From assembly GCF_009914755.1 (NCBI RefSeq), contig NC_060934.1: a stretch of DNA of 64,000 bases; one strand, 5' to 3'. This DNA is from the human T2T-CHM13v2.0 reference genome, Homo sapiens. The position numbers and the translations under genes were made by a program. Of this stretch, positions 1 through 22,423 are shown in pieces; the stretch's first letter is position 1, and each line of letters opens with the position of its first letter. The notes under the pieces are model-generated. The model did no database searches and was not told the origin of the DNA. It was given only the letters and a program-made list of their open reading frames with translations.

Positions 1-201
1 TAAGCCTATACCTGGGCCTGCTCTTGTAATTATTACCCTCATTTTCCAGCTTGCTCTAGGCAGCCTTGACCTTAATCCTTGCCTGTCTCAGTGGTCTTTG
101 TGTCTGACCTTCTGGGGTCTTTGGCTACCTTGATCTTCCTCTGATGTGAGTATCAGCGATGATGTTTCGTTTTTCTCCCTACCTGGGGCTACAAACAGTA
201 A

Positions 202-1241
<1,040 letters not shown>

Positions 1242-2620
1242 TCAAGCTGTGACATTCTCTAATCCTAGGAGGGAGATATCATTAAATCACTGGTCTGATT
1301 TTTACTCCTACTTTGTTCCTAGTAGTGGGACCATACAGAAGTGGGGCTACCCTGGACATGATGATGACCTTTTTAGGGAAGACTAGATGTGGCTTGTGTG
1401 GGAGGAGGGACAGTAACTGTAGAAGAAAATTTAGAGACCAGTATGACTTAGTACAGGCAAGGTAGACAGTTTTGCAACTTCATGAAAGAAAGCGTGCTCT
1501 TAATTCTGTAACCTAGGCAGGTTCTAAGTTTGACTTAAAAGAGGTGACATCCTTGATGCCAAGAGACCCAAGAAGAAGTTGGAATGCATTTCAGGTAAGC
1601 AGTAAATATTCTTCGAGGGCATGTGAAACATGTAGCAGTAAACATCACAGACATGATCCCGATGCTTGTGAGCCTTACAGTCTGTCAGGGGAGGCAGACT
1701 TTACACAAATCACAGTCAATGACAAGAAGGTGACAATCACAAACGCCCAGCATGCTGCAAAGGACAGGATGCTGTAGGAGTATATATCACAGAAGGATTT
1801 GAGTTTGTCCTGAAGGAGTCGGGGAAGAGTGCCCATTGGGGGACAGTGGGTGTGTGGGGGGAAATGTTCCAGACAGATCGTTTAGTGTTTTTTTTGTTTT
1901 GTTTTTGTTTTGGCTTTATGTTTTATTTAAGACAGGGACTCTGCAGTTTCTATCCTGACTTCAATTAAGAAGGCAAAGGCTCTTGCATAATTAGCAAATG
2001 TTTAGATTACCCCTTGATGATAGTCCCTCCATTCTGAGAAGCAGAGGACTTTGCAATGTTGTGTTAAGGTGAACAGAGATGTCAGAGAAGGTCTGGCTCT
2101 GTGTGTATGTGTGTGCTGAGGGGGAGGCATAGCATTTTGCTCAGTCAGGCTGTCTCCAGCATGTATGAGCCTGGGGCTCTGTAAGCCAAGGCAGCGTGTG
2201 TTCAGCCAGCCAAGCTGACTCCTTTTAGGTTCATGTAGAGCATGGGAAAGTGAACTCTTTCCCCTCCTCCCACTCTTGCTTCAGCTGGGACTGAGATAAA
2301 TGCCTTTGGTCTTTGAAGCAGCCTGCAGGAGGCCAGGTGGCAGGGAGAGGGGAAGTCTGTTTTGGCAGTGGACTCTTTCTGTCTGCCTTCTGACTTCTCT
2401 GGAGATTGCCGCTTCAGAGAAGCATCGGGGCCAGGCCAGGGCGCTGTGGATACTCCATATTGAGCCTCTCCTCTTGTTCCTGGTCTTTCCTCTTAGGAAA
2501 TGGCGTACCTCCAGCATATCAGCTTCCTGATGTCTCTTCCGCCTTAACGAAAAATCTAAAAATTGACCACTGCTCTTCCTTCCCCAACACTGTCCCTTCT
2601 GCCTCCTTTCTTGAACTTGA

Positions 2621-4455
<1,835 letters not shown>

Positions 4456-4564
4456 TTAACATGCAGAAATCAAGCTTACTATTAATATTTTCTCCCTCAA
4501 AGCCAATTTTTCTGTGCTCTCCCTGTTAGCACCTATCGCCCAAGTCAGAAACCCTAGGTATCAC

Positions 4565-5698
4565 TCTGGATATTTGTCATGTGTCAACTTGGCTAAGCTA
4601 AGCAAGACTCCCGGGATTCCCTCTCTGGTATATTCCAGTTATAGTGGCTACCCAGGAGCACACACACACCATCTTCCAGCTCTTCAGACAAACAGTAATC
4701 TAGGTGCTGCTGTGAGGGGATTTTGCAGACCTAATTAAATTCCTCAATTGTTTGGCTTTAAGTTAATCAAAAGGGAGATTATCCTGGGTGGCCTGACCTA
4801 ATCAGGTGGAAGCCCTTTAAAGGAGGGCTAGAACACCCCTGAACCCCCTCTGAGGTTCTGGACTCTGAGCCATTACCCGCGTTGCTCCCTCTCCCCTGGG
4901 ATGGTCTGTTGCTGGCCGCCTGCCCTGCTGACTTCAGGATTGCCTAGCCAACAGCCACAGTTATGTGAGCCAATTCGCTAATTCCTTGTGATAAATCAAT
5001 TTCTATATTTTATCAATATTATATTACGTCAGCATTATATATATTTAGGCCAGGAGTGGTGCATGCCTGTAATCCCAGCACTTAGGGAGGATGAGATGGG
5101 AGGATTCCTTGAGCCCAGGAGTTTGAGATTACAGTGAGCTATGATTGCACCACTCCACTCTACCCTGGGCAACCAGCTGAGACCCTGCCTAAAAAAAGAA
5201 GAAAAAATTATAAAATCTATATAGATAGATCAACATATATTTATAACATATAAAGTTATATATTTATATATGATTTTATATAGCTATATGAATTATTTAT
5301 GTTTATATATTATTTTTATATGTTATATTTAAACATAATTCATGTCTATATAAATAAATGTATATATAAATTTATATATTATAAATATATGTTGCTATAT
5401 CTATAAATTTAAAAAATTATATATTTATATAGATATATAATTTATATATTTAGAAAATATATATTATAGTATACAAATATATTTTAGAAATATATAAAAT
5501 ATGTATATGTGTGTGTCATAGCCAGGTGCAGTGGCACACACCTGTAATCCTGGCACTTTGGGAGGCCAAGGCAGGCAGATTGCTTGAGCTCAGGAGTTAG
5601 AGGAACTCCATGTTGCCCCATGTTATGTTTTGGTATCTACCTGTCTGTCTGTCTGTAATCTACTGATTCTGCTTCTCTGGTTGAACCTTGACTGATGA
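4565..5698 (+). mobile_element. MLT2-family ERVL LTR, interrupted by Alu monomers and an AT-rich tract
   Basis: Starts ...ATGTGTCAACTTGGCTAAGC and ends CTGCTTCTCTGGTTGAACCTTGACTGAT, resembling MLT2 termini. Edges approximate. Confidence 0.65.
5205..5510. repeat. (TA)n-like AT-rich low-complexity tract
   Basis: About 300 bp made almost entirely of A/T with TATA repeats. Confidence 0.9.
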
Positions 5699-6334
5699 AA
5701 TGTTCCTCTTATACCTATTGCTTAGCAGACCTTAACATTCCGCTTCTTTGAAAGATTCTCTCCTGTTGGTCTCTCCTCTGAGTGCACGTGGGTTCATTTG
5801 AGCCCTACCTCTTCTTGCCTGGATTACTGGGGTTCTCGTCCAGCTGGTCTCCCTGCATCCCGTGAGGTCCATCCACATCCTGTTTATTCTCATGACTACC
5901 CAGTTTGTTCTTAGTAAACTACATATCTGATCTTGTCACTCTTCTTCTTAAAGTCTTTCAATGACTCCCTGAAGCTTTCAGGCAAACATTTAAAAGCGTC
6001 AGCTTTTTTTGTATGACTCCATTTTCTCTCCTCTCTTAGCATATCAATTATACTTCTTTTGAAAACCTTTTTAGTGGTTGCCCAGGAGTCTGCAATGTAC
6101 ATTTATGACTAATCCAAATCCACTTTCAAATAACACTATACCACTGCATGGAGTGTGCAAGTACCTTAGAATGGAGTCCTCCCAATTCTCCCCTCCTGTC
6201 CTTGATATTACTGCTGTCATGGATTTCTCTGATCCATAAACTGTAATCACCAAATACATTGTTGCTACTATTGTTTTAAACAAACGTATCTGTTTGTTAA
6301 CTGTTAACAGTTCAGAATAAGAGAAATAAAGATT

Positions 6335-10060
<3,726 letters not shown>

Positions 10061-10447
10061 CTGTTTTTCAAAATGGCTACTTTTCCCATCTCCCCTGCCA
10101 GAAACACCTGGGGGTATTATACTATTTAATGGGTGGGCTTTTGTTCCCAGAGCTCCCCAAGCACAGGCACTGTATTGTCCCCTTTTCCAGTCCCTCCTGC
10201 TGTATGGTCAAGCACAGAGCTGGCCACCAGCAGGCCCTCAGGAAACACATGTTGGTGCCCAGTTGCTCAATCTGATGACCATTCACTTGGGCCCTCCCAA
10301 GCTGAGTCAGACGATGCCCAGTAGCTGGTGAGAGCAGGCAGTCTGCAACAGTGGGACCTGCTCAGGTCCTCTGTGGTGGGCTTTGATTTAGGGGACAGTC
10401 ATCTTCTTCCTTTGTCCCTTAGGTCCACAGTTTTATGTGTGAGCAAG

Positions 10448-10608
10448 ATGGAGGCTGACCTGTCTGGCTTTAACATCGATGCCCCCCGTTGGGACCAGCG
10501 CACCTTCCTGGGGAGAGTGAAGCACTTCCTAAACATCACGGACCCCCGCACTGTCTTTGTATCTGAGCGGGAGCTGGACTGGGCCAAGGTGATGGTGGAG
10601 AAGAGCAG
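10448..10608 (+). CDS. SFXN2: Sideroflexin-2, first coding exon (MEADLSGFNIDAPRWDQRTFLGRVKHF...EKSR); exon begins at about 10423
   Basis: ATG at 10448 in good context (aagATGg). Sideroflexin N-terminal motif PRWDQxTFxGRxxHF. Acceptor ttag at 10421-22, donor AG|GTGAGG at 10609. 161 nt. Confidence 0.97.
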
Positions 10609-10797
10609 GTGAGGGGTCGGGGAAGGGGCTGGAAGTAGTAGGGTAACATTGATGGGGTCCTCTTGGGAGGAGGTGGAAACCGAAGGTGAAGGAATAGGCA
10701 GAAATCTCAGGGCTGGGGGCTGGAAGAAGTGAGAGTGGGGAGACTGGGAGACATTGATCAGGCAGGATGGTGACTGCCTGCTGTCCTTGGGTGGCAG

Positions 10798-10968
10798 GAT
10801 GGGGGTTGTGCCCCCAGGCACCCAAGTGGAGCAGCTGCTGTATGCCAAGAAGCTGTATGACTCGGCCTTCCACCCCGACACTGGGGAGAAGATGAATGTC
10901 ATCGGGCGCATGTCTTTCCAGCTTCCTGGCGGCATGATCATCACGGGCTTCATGCTCCAGTTCTACAG
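10798..10968 (+). CDS. SFXN2: SFXN2 coding exon (MGVVPPG...[11 protein letters not shown]...IGRMSFQLP...FY)
   Basis: Contains the conserved sideroflexin HPDTGE and GRMS motifs. cag|G acceptor, AG|GTGGG donor. 171 nt, phase consistent. Confidence 0.97.
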
Positions 10969-11532
10969 GTGGGACCTGGGGGCAGGGCCGTGGGAGGTAC
11001 AGCTGCCTGGATCTGCTGGTCAGGGAGTCATACTATGATAATAATAATAGTTCTCTTGATTGGTCACTTACCAGATACCAGGCACTATGCTACATTCTTT
11101 GCTCGTATTGCTTCATTTAACCCTCTCAACAACCCTACACTATAGGTACTATTATTTCCATTTTATAGATGAAGAACTAGAGTTCTAGAGAAGCTGAAGA
11201 ACTTGTCCAGGTTTAAACAGGCAGGAAATATGGGTGCCTGGATTTTAACTGAGGCAGTCCTGTGTAGAACCCTCAACAAATAAGCTACCCCAATTCCCTC
11301 TTTAAAAAGTACTTATTCCACAATGATTTTAATTATGTAACACCCAAACAAAACAATAGGAAGTCCCTTTCTTGGCTTGGCTGGGGAGAGAATAGACTGC
11401 CTCTGTAGCTGCTGGACATGTGACTCTTCTTCCTACCTCTTCCTTCCTCCCCTGCGTCCCCCACCCCACGCATTGATTGGTTCAGCTATTGAGCTGGGCT
11501 TTGGGCCGGGTGTTGGGAATGTGAAGGCTTCA

Positions 11533-12160
<628 letters not shown>

Positions 12161-12241
12161 TCATGTGCTTTGACTGGCATACCCTCAGGACTCCCTGCCA
12201 TCTGACTTCTCTCTGCCTCTCCTGGCCTTCCTCACTGGTAG

Positions 12242-12340
12242 GACGATGCCGGCGGTGATCTTCTGGCAGTGGGTGAACCAGTCCTTCAATGCCTTAGTCA
12301 ACTACACCAACAGGAATGCGGCTTCCCCCACATCAGTCAG
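12242..12340 (+). CDS. SFXN2: SFXN2 coding exon ([32 protein letters not shown])
   Basis: Conserved [18 protein letters not shown] motif. tag acceptor, CAG|GTAGGA donor. 99 nt. Confidence 0.97.
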
Positions 12341-13129
12341 GTAGGAGACCTGAACCCCAGGCTGTCCTCGTGTCTCCCCACGAACAGCTTTTCTAAAGGG
12401 TTCTGGGCTGTCAGTCCTTCCTGGGTAGCACCTGCACTGAGCAGGTGACCAAGTCACCCTTTCCCAGGGTTTGGAAATATTTTCTCAAGCTGAGTAGGGG
12501 TGGATCTTCTTCCTAGACCAATTCCAAATGTGTTTATTCATTCATTCTCTAAATATTTCTTCTTGAGTGTGTCTTATGTGCTGGGGATGTGCATGGTTCT
12601 AGATGCTGGGATACATTGTTAAGACATGTGGTTGGGCCAGGCACGGTGGTTCTCACCTGTAATCCTAGCGCTTTGGGAGGCTGAGGCAGGCAGATTGCCT
12701 AAGATCAGTCTCAAAACAAACAAAAAAAACCACCCAGAAAACCAGGGTTGCAAGGCAGAGAACAGCAGAGCGGTGTCTGTGTAGTTAGGCCACTTAGAGC
12801 AGTCCCATCTGTGAAGACGACATTTCAACTGTCCTGAAGGATGAGGGATGAATGACCCAAGAGCCCAGGGAACACCTCCCCGCATAGGGAGCAGCCGTGT
12901 GCAGAGGCTCCGAGGCAGGGAGGAACTTGGCATGTTCACAGTACTGAAAGAAGTCCAAGGGGGCTGGGGCACTGTGAGTGAGGGGGAGAGGGTCACAAGA
13001 TAAGGCTGGGGACAGATCCTGTGCGGTTTTCACGCACGAAGCCTCGCCAGCCGACTTTCTCCCTCAAGCCCGTGGTTTGGCCCTCAGCCGGCAGGGGCCC
13101 CACTCCCAAGCATCTCTCTCCTCCCCCAG

Positions 13130-13205
13130 GCAGATGGCCCTTTCCTACTTCACAGCCACAACCACTGCTGTGGCCACGGCTGTGGGCATGAACATGTTGA
13201 CAAAG
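13130..13205 (+). CDS. SFXN2: SFXN2 coding exon (QMALSYFTATTTAVATAVGMNMLTK)
   Basis: Pyrimidine tract plus cag acceptor, AAG|GTATGG donor. 76 nt. Hydrophobic TM segment. Confidence 0.96.
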
Positions 13206-13533
13206 GTATGGTCTGGGGCCGCTGCAGCATGGTGGCCACGCGGGGGCAGCAGAGTCCTAGGGAAAACGTCCTTCCCCCAGGGACAGTTCCCCAGGCTGGG
13301 TGAGTTGGGAATGGCCAGAGCCCGGCTGGCCAAGTGATGAGAAATACACCAGGGCCGTCCCCAGGTTGGTTCTTCTTGGGCCTTTGAGGGAGTTTGGGGT
13401 TCCCAGACTGGGTGTCTGGATGTGTGGCGGTAGCAAGGCCTAGTTTTCTTTTTTGTATTCTAGTCGTTCAGCCCCCTCCCCTCCCATCTTCCAGCGCTTC
13501 TGAACAACTCCTACTGTTCTCTTCCCCCAACAG

Positions 13534-13619
13534 AAAGCGCCGCCCTTGGTGGGCCGCTGGGTGCCCTTTGCCGCTGTGGCTGCGGCTAACTGTGTCAATA
13601 TCCCCATGATGCGACAGCA
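13534..13619 (+). CDS. SFXN2: SFXN2 coding exon ([28 protein letters not shown])
   Basis: Conserved [20 protein letters not shown] motif. cag acceptor, CA|GTGAGT donor. 86 nt. Confidence 0.97.
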
Positions 13620-14424
13620 GTGAGTAAAGGCCCCTTTTTCTCCCTACAAACCACAAGATTAGCAGAAAAGGGGCAAGAAACCAAAGCAGTGGGTGGCTTC
13701 TGGGGACTGCGGTGGGCATGGGGAGGGCTGCTGGGCTGAGCCTCTGAAGGGCCCTGGGATTGGCAGCTCCCATGGTGATGGCCCCGGGAGTGGTGGGTGA
13801 CTTTGGGTTAGGCCGTGTGTTGAGTCCCGTGGGAGTCCTCTCCTGGGTGATGTGGGATGGGAAAGACAGGGTGGACCTGTGGAGTTTTACACTGGATCAT
13901 GTCCTTTTGGACCTGTGTTAAAATTGTGAACTCCTCCTACTTCCCAAGCCCTGGGGATGGCATACAGAATGAAATGTAGCAGGCTGAGGTGTCTAAAGAT
14001 AGCATAGAACCCAGAAGCTTTGAAAGAAGCCAGAGGAGTAGACAGAAGTTTTCCAGGCACCCAACTCTAAGCTTTTCAGGAGAAAAGGTAAAGGAGAAAC
14101 TCATTGTGTCTCACAGTTCTTATTTCTTGACTAGAGAAATCTCTGTTATGAGGTTTTAATGATGTAATATATGTAAAGCACTCAAAATAGCACCTGGAAC
14201 ATAAGAGATGCTACATAAGTGTTCACTGTTATTTCTACCATTGTCATCATCATCAATATCTACAAGCCACATTTTCTTGGGACTACCAACAAATGGAAAA
14301 TGTTCACACTAGTCTTTGTAGAGGAAGCACTACCAGAATAGTTGTGCACACATGCTGCTCCATTCATCTTTCCTTCCCCATCCAGTGGCCCTTTCCTAAC
14401 AGGAGAATGAGTCCCTGCCACCTA

Positions 14425-15090
<666 letters not shown>

Positions 15091-15527
15091 AGGAATAGCT
15101 AGAGTAGCTACTGTTTGTGGAGTGATCACACTGTGTGTCAGGTGCTGGACCAAGTATTTCACAGCCATTATCTCATTTAATCCTTACCAGGTCCTGTAAA
15201 GTGGGTGCCAGAATGATCCCCATTTTGCAGATAAGCAAAACTGAGGCTTTGGGAGGGTTAAAGACTGTGCTCAAGGTCACACACATCCCCTGCAGTTTCA
15301 GGACTCAACCCAGACAGTCCGGGCCCAGGGCCACCGCTCTCAGCCACTGCCCTAGATCACTCCTAAGATACTGCTTATTGGAGTGCAGAAGGAAGGTCAA
15401 AGGCCCAGGCTACAGGAGGTGGCTTCCTGGAGCTTAAGTGGCCTGGCCTTGGTCCCCTGGCATGTCATGTGGCTGGCAGGCTTCCATCACCCCTTTCCCA
15501 AGTCCATTAACTCCTGTCTGTGTTTAG

Positions 15528-15588
15528 GGAGCTCATAAAGGGAATCTGCGTGAAGGACAGGAATGAAAATGAGATTGGTCATTCCCGG
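15528..15588 (+). CDS. SFXN2: SFXN2 coding exon (ELIKGICVKDRNENEIGHSR)
   Basis: ttag acceptor, CGG|GTGAGC donor. 61 nt, phase consistent. Confidence 0.95.
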
Positions 15589-15956
15589 GTGAGCAGAGGC
15601 CTCCCTTTGGGGTGGGAGGAGGGAATTCCCTCTCATACCCTGTCCCCTCCTTAGTGGTCAGAGTAGGCACCAATATAGGATTGAGAAGCCTTTTCTGGCT
15701 CCATCCTCACTCCCTATCAAATTTTCCCCATGTTTCTCTGTTCAGAACAGGCCCCTTCTCTCTTTTCTCCATCATTTCTGGTCCATAAAAACCTGGCTAG
15801 GTGGGAGGGGATAAAGTGAGGTCACTCAGCAACTGGAGGGTCCTTCCCTTCCCCTTTACCATCTCAGACTTGGCCATGATGCTGACCCAGCCCCCTGGTG
15901 CAGCACATGTACACTGGATACATCATTTCTGACAACTTACTATTTTCTGCCCTCAG

Positions 15957-16023
15957 AGAGCTGCGGCCATAGGCATCACCCAAGTAGTTATTTCTCGGAT
16001 CACCATGTCAGCTCCTGGGATGA
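15957..16023 (+). CDS. SFXN2: SFXN2 coding exon (RAAAIGITQVVISRITMSAPGM)
   Basis: cag acceptor, A|GTAAGA donor. 67 nt. Conserved QVVxSRI motif. Confidence 0.96.
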
Positions 16024-16663
16024 GTAAGATGGGGAAGCCCTTCCATCCTGGGGAAGCCTGTGACACAGGGTGGAGGTCTCAGCCACACTCAGCTTTTGGG
16101 TGGGAGGTGGGGCCCACCTTCTACAGCCATGCTTCTCAAACTGCTTTGCTTGATTGCTGTAAGCCTAGAAGAACCACACTAGTTCCTAGAACATCAGTTC
16201 ATCCAAGGTTTGGGGTAGAAAGTTATTTTCATTTTATTAATACTTGTCAAGCCCTTGTGTTTAATGTTAGACACAGTGTGGGGTGCTAGGGAGAGTGATA
16301 GAGAAAATAAATTCCCTGCTTTGGTTTGCTTCCAGCAGTGGGTGTATTGCAAAATTTGTTTGCACGAACGTACAAATACATTTTTGAGTTTTGAGAAGGT
16401 AGCTTTGGACCTAGCAGCACATGTTTTCCTGATATTGCAAGTGTGCAGGTTGAGAAGCTTGGGAAGCACTGTTCTGCCAGGACTTTGGGGAGAAAGTTTG
16501 GGGGTGGTCATGCCTACTTGCTCTTCTGTTCTGCCTAGTGGTAAGTATTTTCTGGAGCTTCTGCTGAAGGAGAGGGAACCACTTGGTTCCTGGTCTGACT
16601 TCAGAAGGAGTCCTGGGGAGAGCCTCCCAGCCCTCCCCTCAGCTTCTCCCTGGTCTCTTCCAG

Positions 16664-16713
16664 TCTTGCTGCCAGTCATCATGGAAAGGCTTGAGAAATT
16701 GCACTTCATGCAG
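16664..16713 (+). CDS. SFXN2: SFXN2 coding exon (ILLPVIMERLEKLHFMQ)
   Basis: ccag acceptor, CAG|GTATGT donor. 50 nt. Confidence 0.95.
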
Positions 16714-16928
16714 GTATGTAGGGTTTGCTTTGGCATTTTCCCTGCCCAGAGTGCCTCCAGCCACATCTGTCCCTAGGGATACCTGACCTGCCCTCCCCCA
16801 CCCATCCTTCCCTTTAGCTACCATGCTGTCATCTCACTCAAGCCCACACCAATCTCCACTGACCTCCTGTTTAGATATACCATGGCCAGTTTCCTTACCT
16901 GGTCTGCAGAGAACAAGGCCTTCTTTAA

Positions 16929-17997
<1,069 letters not shown>

Positions 17998-18852
17998 TAA
18001 GAACGAGGAGACATAGCTTTGGCTGGGACTGTCATGTGTCCCAGACTCACACAGGAGGGAAATGCCACCAGTCACGTCAGGGTTCTTAGGTATCTGCCAT
18101 TAACTGGAGATGTCCTAGCGTTCACCATGCATTTCAGGGCCACGAGACTAATGACAGCATCACTAACAGCTAACACTGACTGTATATTTTCTCTGTGTCC
18201 CCACTGAACCCAGTGTTTCATATCTATAATTTCACTTAATTCTCCCAGCCTTAGAAATCTACATATTATTATCATCTCCTTTTACAAATGAAGAAACTGA
18301 GACTTAGACAGAGTAAGAAACTTGCCCAAGGGTATATAGCTGGTAACTGCTGGAGCTGAGATTTGATCAACAGTCTAACATTATGCTATACCAACTTCTG
18401 CTAATTGAGTAGTTACCATGGGCTGGGTGCTTTACATACATATCTCATTGAATCCTCACAGTAACCCTGCAAAGTAGGCACTGCAAAGTGGTCTGCAGTA
18501 GCCCTAAAAAGTAGGTTGTCCTCCCTCTGTGTCTCTGAGGTAACTTGTCCAAGATGGCACAGCTAGTAAGTGGTAAAACTGGGATACCAACCCAGGTCTG
18601 TCAGAGTCCCGCGTCCTGTAAGACCTTGCCTCCCAAACCCTGGTCCATGCCAGCATCGTTGGCATCCTCTGATAACTTGTTAGAAGTAAAGACTCTGAAG
18701 TCCTTCCCCAGACCCCCTCAGTTGGCACCTGGCATTTTAATAAGCTCCTGAAGTTATATGCACAGTGAAGCTGGAGAAACTGCCTTTCACTGTGCTCTGA
18801 CAGCCCAGGTGTTCAACCAATAAAGAAGCAGGTCTCAGAATCCACAGACTCA

Positions 18853-19335
18853 CTCCTCCCCCTCCATAGTGCCCCTCCCCCACTCCAAAGTGCCCCTCCC
18901 CATCCTGGTCACTCCTCCCGATACAAGTCAATCCTCCCCCTCCAAGTTGCTCCTCTCCCTCCTCATCCCTCCTCCCCTCTGTGTCCTTCCTCCCTCTCCA
19001 TGTTGCTCCTCCCCTCCATGTCCTTCTCCCTCTCCATGTTGCTCCTCCCTGTCCAAGTAGTTCTTCCTACTCCAAGTAGTTCCTTCCCTCCAAGTCACTC
19101 CTCCCCCTTCAAGTCGCTCCTCCCCATCCAAGTTGCTCCTCAACCTCCAAGTCATTCTTCCCTCTCCAAGTCGCTCCCCACCCTCCATGCTGTTCCTCCA
19201 AGTTGCTCCTGTCCCTCCATGTCGCTCCTCCCCCTCCATGTCCCTCCTCTCCCTCCATGATGCTCCTCCCCTCCATGTCGCTCTTCCCCCTCCATGTTGC
19301 TCCTCCCCCTCCAAGTTTCTCCTCTCCCTCCTCGT
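18853..19335. repeat. Degenerate C/T-rich minisatellite, unit about 19 nt (CTCCCCCTCCAWGTYGCTC)
   Basis: Repeated CCTCCATGTTGCTCCTCC / CTCCAAGTYGCTCCTCC units across about 480 bp in SFXN2 intron. Confidence 0.8.
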
Positions 19336-19664
19336 CGCTCCTTTCGCTCGATGCCAGCAGTGCCTGTGCTCCTTAGGCCTGCTGCTCACAGTCCCTGTTT
19401 ACTTCATTGTCTTCTTCCTCTGCTTGAACAATGCAGTAAGGGTGGGAATGAGTGATGGGGGTCAGGAGGGTACTGGTTTTATCCCCCTGCCAGAATGAGT
19501 ATCCTCGCACTGCGGGAACAGGAGGAGGGTTGGAGGGAGAGGATATGGTGCCAGCTGGGAAGGCAGGCCAGGTGCCTGGGCATTGCTCCTTTCCCTTGGG
19601 GATGGGGGATGGACGGGCCTGTGGGGAGATGTCCCCTGATGCTTTGGTTTCTCCTTTCTTGCAG

Positions 19665-19712
19665 CCTCATCTTCATGGTGCCAGTGGCGTGTGGGCTTTT
19701 CCCACAGAAATG
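19665..19712 (+). CDS. SFXN2: SFXN2 coding exon (FLIFMVPVACGLFPQK)
   Basis: gcag acceptor, TG|GTATCT donor. 48 nt. Conserved PxxCxLFPQ motif. Confidence 0.95.
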
Positions 19713-20056
19713 GTATCTGCTGTTCATTCCTTACTTGGTTTAATTGACCATGCTGCCAGCGCGCTCCCTGATCTGCCTGCTGTCCAGAAGGAGACAGGGA
19801 AGGGGCAGGAAGGGCAGCACCTGTCTGAGGACAAGTGTCCATCAGCCTAAAGGCTGGGCCTCTTAACCCTGGTGAATTCTGACAAACGAAAACAGATCTG
19901 CGAGGGGCAGGAGAAGCCAGGGACAGGAATAAGGTTGCTCCCTCCCAGTGGAGCAAGCACTGCCTTGAAGAGAAGGTGGGGGAGCAACAACAGACTTTCT
20001 CTTCCTGCCAGCTGGGTTATTAGGAAGCTCTCCTCTGGCTGGATCTGGTTTTTAAC

Positions 20057-20990
<934 letters not shown>

Positions 20991-21464
20991 GGGACAGGCA
21001 GAGGGCTGACAACCGAAACCCCTCTATTTCCTTTGTGTGTCCAAGAAGGAGGAAGCAGGGAGAAGGGATGATGGAAAAGGGAAGGGATACATCAGACTAG
21101 GGGGTGGAGGGTGACTGACCCCAGGAGACAAGTGTAGCTTGAATATATACCCAGACAATTCCAGTCTCCCCTTCCTCAGTACTCTAGTTCAATACTACTT
21201 CCATGGTCATCTGCTAGACATCTCTTGTGTCCCAAGCACTGTGTTTGTAATCTTGTGGAGAAGATGGAAGTTGAAACGAAGAACCATAGCCCAAGGAGAA
21301 TGAAGTCAGGCCTGCGTAATGGTAAAGCAACATTGTGGTATACAGAGGCCAATAATAATCCTAGATGGAAAAATCAGGAGGGCTTCTTGGAGGTGATATT
21401 CATCTGAGGGTAACTTACTGCTTGTTCCTGGTGGCATGCTCATAATCCACTTCTCTCTTTTCAG

Positions 21465-21564
21465 TGAATTGCCAGTTTCCTATCTGGAACCGAAGCTCCA
21501 AGACACTATCAAGGCCAAGTATGGAGAACTTGAGCCTTATGTCTACTTCAATAAGGGTCTCTAA
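21465..21564 (+). CDS. SFXN2: SFXN2 last coding exon (CELPVSYLEPKLQDTIKAKYGELEPYVYFNKGL*)
   Basis: tcag acceptor. Ends in the family-invariant FNKGL, then TAA at 21562-64. Exon lengths sum to 969 nt = 322 aa plus stop. Confidence 0.97.
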
Positions 21565-22003
21565 ATGCCCCACTTCAGCAAGGACCAGTCTATTCCCATA
21601 TTCACCAGCTCCTCCTTAGCTACGTGCACACTTGTGTCCTCCTTCCCCTTTGCCAACAAGGCCTGAAGGCCAGGGTAGATTGGGGGGTGGGACAATGAAT
21701 GCCTCATACTTACACCCTGGTACTGGTTGATTGGACCTCAGGGGAAAAAAGTGAAAAAGGGTAGCAAAGGCCAATGTCTTCTAGCTGCTTCCTCAACCCC
21801 TGTCCCCTGGAGACCAGAAGCTGAGGCCCTCTCAGGGAGGAGACATCCAAGCAAATCATTTGGAAAAGTTAGGAAACCTTTAGGATTCTGGTTCCAGCCA
21901 GGGTTGAGGAAAAGACCTTGGATCAAAAGGAAGCTTCTATACCTCTTTCTTCTTCGCTTCCTCCTCTCCCAAGCAATGGAAACTTTTACCCATGTAATTC
22001 TAG

Positions 22004-22423
<420 letters not shown>

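Noticed and set aside
10399-10953. 184-aa minus-strand ORF
   Set aside because: Antisense shadow of two SFXN2 exons plus a short GC-rich intron. No independent evidence.
16194-16776. Overlapping 190-aa (-) and 173-aa (+) ORFs
   Set aside because: The + ORF is simply intron read in frame into the 50-nt SFXN2 exon. No recognisable domain in either.
18928-19498. Pro/Ser-rich and Glu/Gly-rich ORFs
   Set aside because: Products of the C/T minisatellite.
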